In this document: piece by piece, positions 55,522 to 60,000 of the stretch
Layout of the letters: every line of letters starts with the position of its first letter
How positions within the stretch are numbered: position 1 is the stretch's first letter
From: Lytechinus pictus
Taxonomy: Eukaryota
Assembly: GCF_037042905.1 (NCBI RefSeq)
Contig: NC_087246.1
Coordinates: forward strand, 7,938,001-7,998,000
DNA: 60,000 nt
Direction of reading: 5' to 3'
The notes under the pieces: generated by a model
What the model was told of the DNA's origin: nothing
The model's database searches: none
Seen by the model: only the letters and a program-made list of their open reading frames with translations
Made by a program: the position numbers and the translations under genes

Positions 55522-57475
55522 TCAAGAAAATTGTCATATATTGATCAACAGATTTATGTCCTCATTTAAAAATATAACCAGGTTTCTTATATCAATGCCA
55601 GCATAATAAGTAGTCTGATAAACTGGAATAAGTTTTGTCCTGCAAACCCCCTAAAAAAGTGAAAGGTTTTTTTAAATTAAGACATCGTAAAGTTGAAAAT
55701 TAAATTATTACAAGTTTCTTATTAGTGTAATAAGTTTGAATGTTGTATTTAATAGTATGAATATGTTCCTCATCAACATCCAAACAATACCATGACTTTT
55801 TGCCTACTGAAATCTACATATTACATAATTTTATTTTCAATGGGGAAATTGGTGAGATGATGAAAAATGAATGCGTACAACTGTTTGTACATGTATCTAT
55901 GGGTTTAAAGGCCCATCTCACAAACTGATTTTTTCTTTTTTTGTCCAGACAGGTGGAGGTACCAGTAAGGTTTATAAGAATACTAAACCACGCCATAAAT
56001 ACTGCAGACTGTTAAAAAATACAAAAAGAAAATAGTAAATTTAGCATTAAAAAAAATCTTGAACAATAGTTCAAAGTTCCCATATCTCATCATCCTTCTT
56101 TTCCATTTATGGTTGACCAAAAACACCACAGTTGCTTCCATATAGAGCTAAAAATAATATCCAATCTTAACTGAATGATGATTCCTAGATATATAGAATT
56201 CAAACACAGTGTGTAGATCCTGGTAATTTACAAACACAAAATATCTTTGAGCTACCAAGCTCAAGAAATATTATTGGTAAGTAGAAACAGGGTAAGATAA
56301 AAGAAAGGATAAGCACTGTTATTAACATTCCCACATCCTGTTGTGTAAAACACTACATATTTTTTTTAATAACTTGGCCATAAATTGCATTTTATTTGGA
56401 GCCAATGATTTTTATTAGTTGTGTGCTGTTACCAATAACATTGATGACATTAGGCCCTTATTTTTACAGACAAATATTACTAAAATGATGGCAAAAATAG
56501 GAATAAAAACAATTATGAGTAAAATATAAGAAATTCTTTCATACATGTATATTGCTTCACAGATTGTAACATAAATTCAGGAATGCAAAGTTCAAAATTT
56601 CCTTTCCCTTTTCCTTAATATGAGGGGATGTCCCTATTATTTGGCAGACATGTACCATTTTCCTTTCAAGCAATAAGGATGAAAAGGTGGGGGAGCCTTA
56701 AAATGGTCTCATCTTATGAACAACCAAATAAGCTACTGACAACATAATTTGAATTTTATTTTTGAAAGGGGCACAATTTCATAACTAGCTCTGGGCACAT
56801 TTGTATCTAGATACGGTATCTTGGACTAATTTGTCGTCGCTATGATTCTCTTGCCTGAAACATTTTTATACATTTCAATATTCTAAATCCTTTTAAACTT
56901 CTTAACTCTAAAAAAAATTGCTGGGGTAGAAAAAGATACCAAAAAGATTAAAAGTAAAACCCAACTAAAAACGAACCAAATTAATGAAGTGAAATTAATA
57001 AAAATATGATTTGATATTGGAGTAGAAAAAAAAACATCACAAAATACAGAGATCGTAAAATGATATAACAATCACTTCAATCTAGCTGATGAATGCATTC
57101 AACATGACCATGAACCTGCCATCTACTTCCGGATGTAAATCCAAATGGACTGTTCTTAATCCACTCAGAGGATATCATTTACACTGATAACGTGCTGAAT
57201 GAGAGGAAGATAAATATCTTTCAATCTTCCCTTTCTGGGTTCAGTGTGTTGGAAGTTCCATGCATCTTTCATAATGAATATTACAAACAGGAAGTTATGA
57301 AAGATGATGATACTTTATAATGACTGATATTTCATTATCTTAACCCATTAGAGACTGGCTGTTTATGCTGCAATACACATTTTCCATAGGCCCTAGTCTG
57401 CATGTATACAGGCTCAGTATCCTCTGGATTAAGATTGAAGTCCTGTATTTATTCTCTGATCCATAATTAGACAGT

Positions 57476-57735
57476 ACTAGGGAGACACTCTCTACAATGC
57501 ATGATTTCCCTTGAAAATGCAATTAAAATCACAATGGAGAGCTGAGAGGCTTTTCTTGAAAGTTTGTGGATTGGGACAGCAGATCATCTGAAGATTTGCA
57601 CCGGACGAACAAGAGTCAAGAGATTCCAATGCTGTCCCAGTCCGCCAACTTTCGACAGAAGCTTCTCAGCTCTCCATTGTGATTTAACTTGCATTTTCAA
57701 AGGAATTGTGGCGTTGTAGAGAGTGTCTCCATAGT
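57476..57735. mobile_element. Palindromic MITE in an NLK intron
   Basis: ACTAGGGAGACACTCTCTACAA...AAATCACAATGGAGAGCTGAGA is inverted at the right end, with arms over 100 bp. Confidence 0.85.
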
Positions 57736-60000
57736 GAATGCGAAAAGTCTGGACTGCTTGTTTGGTACTGCATTATGATAATAAATAAGGTATAAAATAT
57801 GATTGCTAAACTTTTTTGGATTTGTATTTTCTGCCAGATTTTTGCTCCAACATTGGGCTTTAAAAATTGCTATGTGGCACTCATAAGCCTCAAATCAGGT
57901 AGTGTGGTCGTTAGGTTGATTTTTTCTTCTTTTTTTATGTATATTCCTACCTTCACTGCTGGGCTTCCAAATAAAATCATGAGAAGGAATAATATATATA
58001 TGCAGTTAAACACATATTTCAGTGCTTATCTAAGCCACTGGATACAAATATGAGCAAATTATTGGCCCAAATCACTAAAATATTGCCATTGTATAAGTTT
58101 AACAAAAATAATAGCAAGTCTGTAAGTCGTATTTTACGTTCAGTCGCATGAGGGCAGCAAGCATAAGATTTTTTTCAGACCTTATTTGAGCATATCGTTT
58201 CAAAAACCAATGCAACACAAAACTTTCCTAAACTTGTCTATAATTTGCAGACATCCTTATCACATTGAAAAAAAAAACATAAAAAAGAATAATATCAACA
58301 AAAGAGGGACCTGGCTCAAAGGCTGAAAAGAAATATTTATGAAATTAAAAATCAGAGAATATTTCCCAGGTAGGAGATGAAAAAAAAGAGACAGACTAGA
58401 TTAATATTTGAAGTGAGTCATCCAATCAATGACCCTCAGATAACAAAACTTTTCTCAATAAATATTTCTGGATTGATTCTGTGGCTATGATTCATGTTAT
58501 TCTGCTCATGTATTAAAAAGGGAGAAATATATTCTCACTTATTTTGCCTGCAGGGCAACTGATGTTGTATGATGACATATAAGATTGCCCTTCCATCTAC
58601 ATCACAGTGGCTTGGAAACCTGGTCGCCCCACAAAGTCTGAATAAATGCGCCATATAACTCATACACAGACAAAATGATATTTCAAGTTTATCTCATTTG
58701 TGAGACATTAACTTTGTGGAACACAATGGATGGTTAAGAAAGCATCAAGTAATCAGGTTATGAATCTAATTCAAATTTTGTTGAAATAAAATAATCACAC
58801 AAAGTCGAAAATTTAAGCCGCTATATGAACTCAAAGTTGGTTGGAAAACAGACACTCACAAAAAATTAAAAATAAATTTGGTTCGATTGCAAACTTTCTA
58901 GCTAAATGTGCTTGGTTGAAATAAATCAATCAACTTGTATTTGTTCCAAATTTGAGTCACTTATATTTTTCTTGAAACAGACAGATCAACATATTGCCTG
59001 ACAAGAACGAGACAGGCATGGCAGCATCATGGTGGAACGCAGTAAAATCCCTTTTGTATATCTGAACAACGAATATACAATGTATGATATCTTTTGTATA
59101 ATATAGTATCTTTTTGGTAAGTTTGTATTAATAGACTAATCAATAAGATGTCAAAATGTTTCAATCATTGTCTATAGCTTTTGAAAAATAGAAAATTACT
59201 CTGATTATGTCAATAATTCACATGGGGAGACAATTATTCGTTTGTTTTCATTTCCTTCAAAATTGCCCAAGCGCAAAGTATTTTTCACCAGGACATCTCA
59301 ACCATAAATTTGTTACAAACATCTCATGCCACTCAATTAAAGATTGCTATACTTGTGTTGACAACTGAATGCTCATTAGGCATTTACATTCAGCATTTAA
59401 ACATTTAACAGCATGTTTCCATGGTAATGGCTTCATTATAAAACTCTTATGGTTGTGCAGCTTCTACTTTACTGTAGAAAGATTCTGTTAGGTAGCATAG
59501 ACAAATTTTTGTCTCACAATTTTATAAAATATCATTGATTTAAATAAGGGATTAAATACAAAGTTACTGATTTGCTTTTCAAATCTCTCCCTCTCTTCTT
59601 AAAAGTCAAGTCCCTGAAAGTTATATCAAATTAATAGAGATCATGATTAAAAATGCATATCTCTGATAATCTCATTGAAATCAGATGAACAGTAAGAAAT
59701 TTACAGCATTTTGAAGCATTACTTCTTATCACATCATTGGTGGTATGCAAATGATGGAGCTGATGTCACACATTGAATAATTCTTTTGTATTTCATTACA
59801 TAACAAATGAAATATTTCAAGAGCCACTTTTCTACTGCATAATTTTGTAGAGCTGGATTATAGTTAGACAAGAAAGACAGTCAAGAAGTCCAGATTTCAC
59901 AGAGCAATTGTAGCAGGAGTGAACATAAGAAAACCAAGCAATATAGGAAACCCTTGAAATAATACAAACACTTTGGGCTAGATTCATGAAATGTGCAACC

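Overview
AT-rich, repeat-dense eukaryotic (animal) genomic DNA. The repeat families suggest a sea urchin or another marine invertebrate; this is an inference. The right half holds the 3' two-thirds of a Nemo-like kinase (NLK) gene on the minus strand. Eight coding exons splice into one continuous reading frame (55504 down to the stop at 38171) with the [11 protein letters not shown] and TQE motifs, followed by a probable multi-kb 3' UTR. The upstream exons lie beyond the window, and the intron preceding the first visible exon looks U12-type. The left half (1-31 kb) is a nest of mostly non-autonomous transposons: HINE/Helentron-like elements, TTAA-flanked elements, 8-bp-TSD MITEs, a LINE 3' fragment and a FLYWCH/MULE-like exon. 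The most unusual object is an 8.16-kb CCC...GGG element (16632-24793) with a 2-bp TSD. It has no recognisable transposase but carries a promoter-like island and a putative spliced mini-gene made from an RTE-LINE fragment plus three duplicated exons. Almost all ORF-track entries are spurious.
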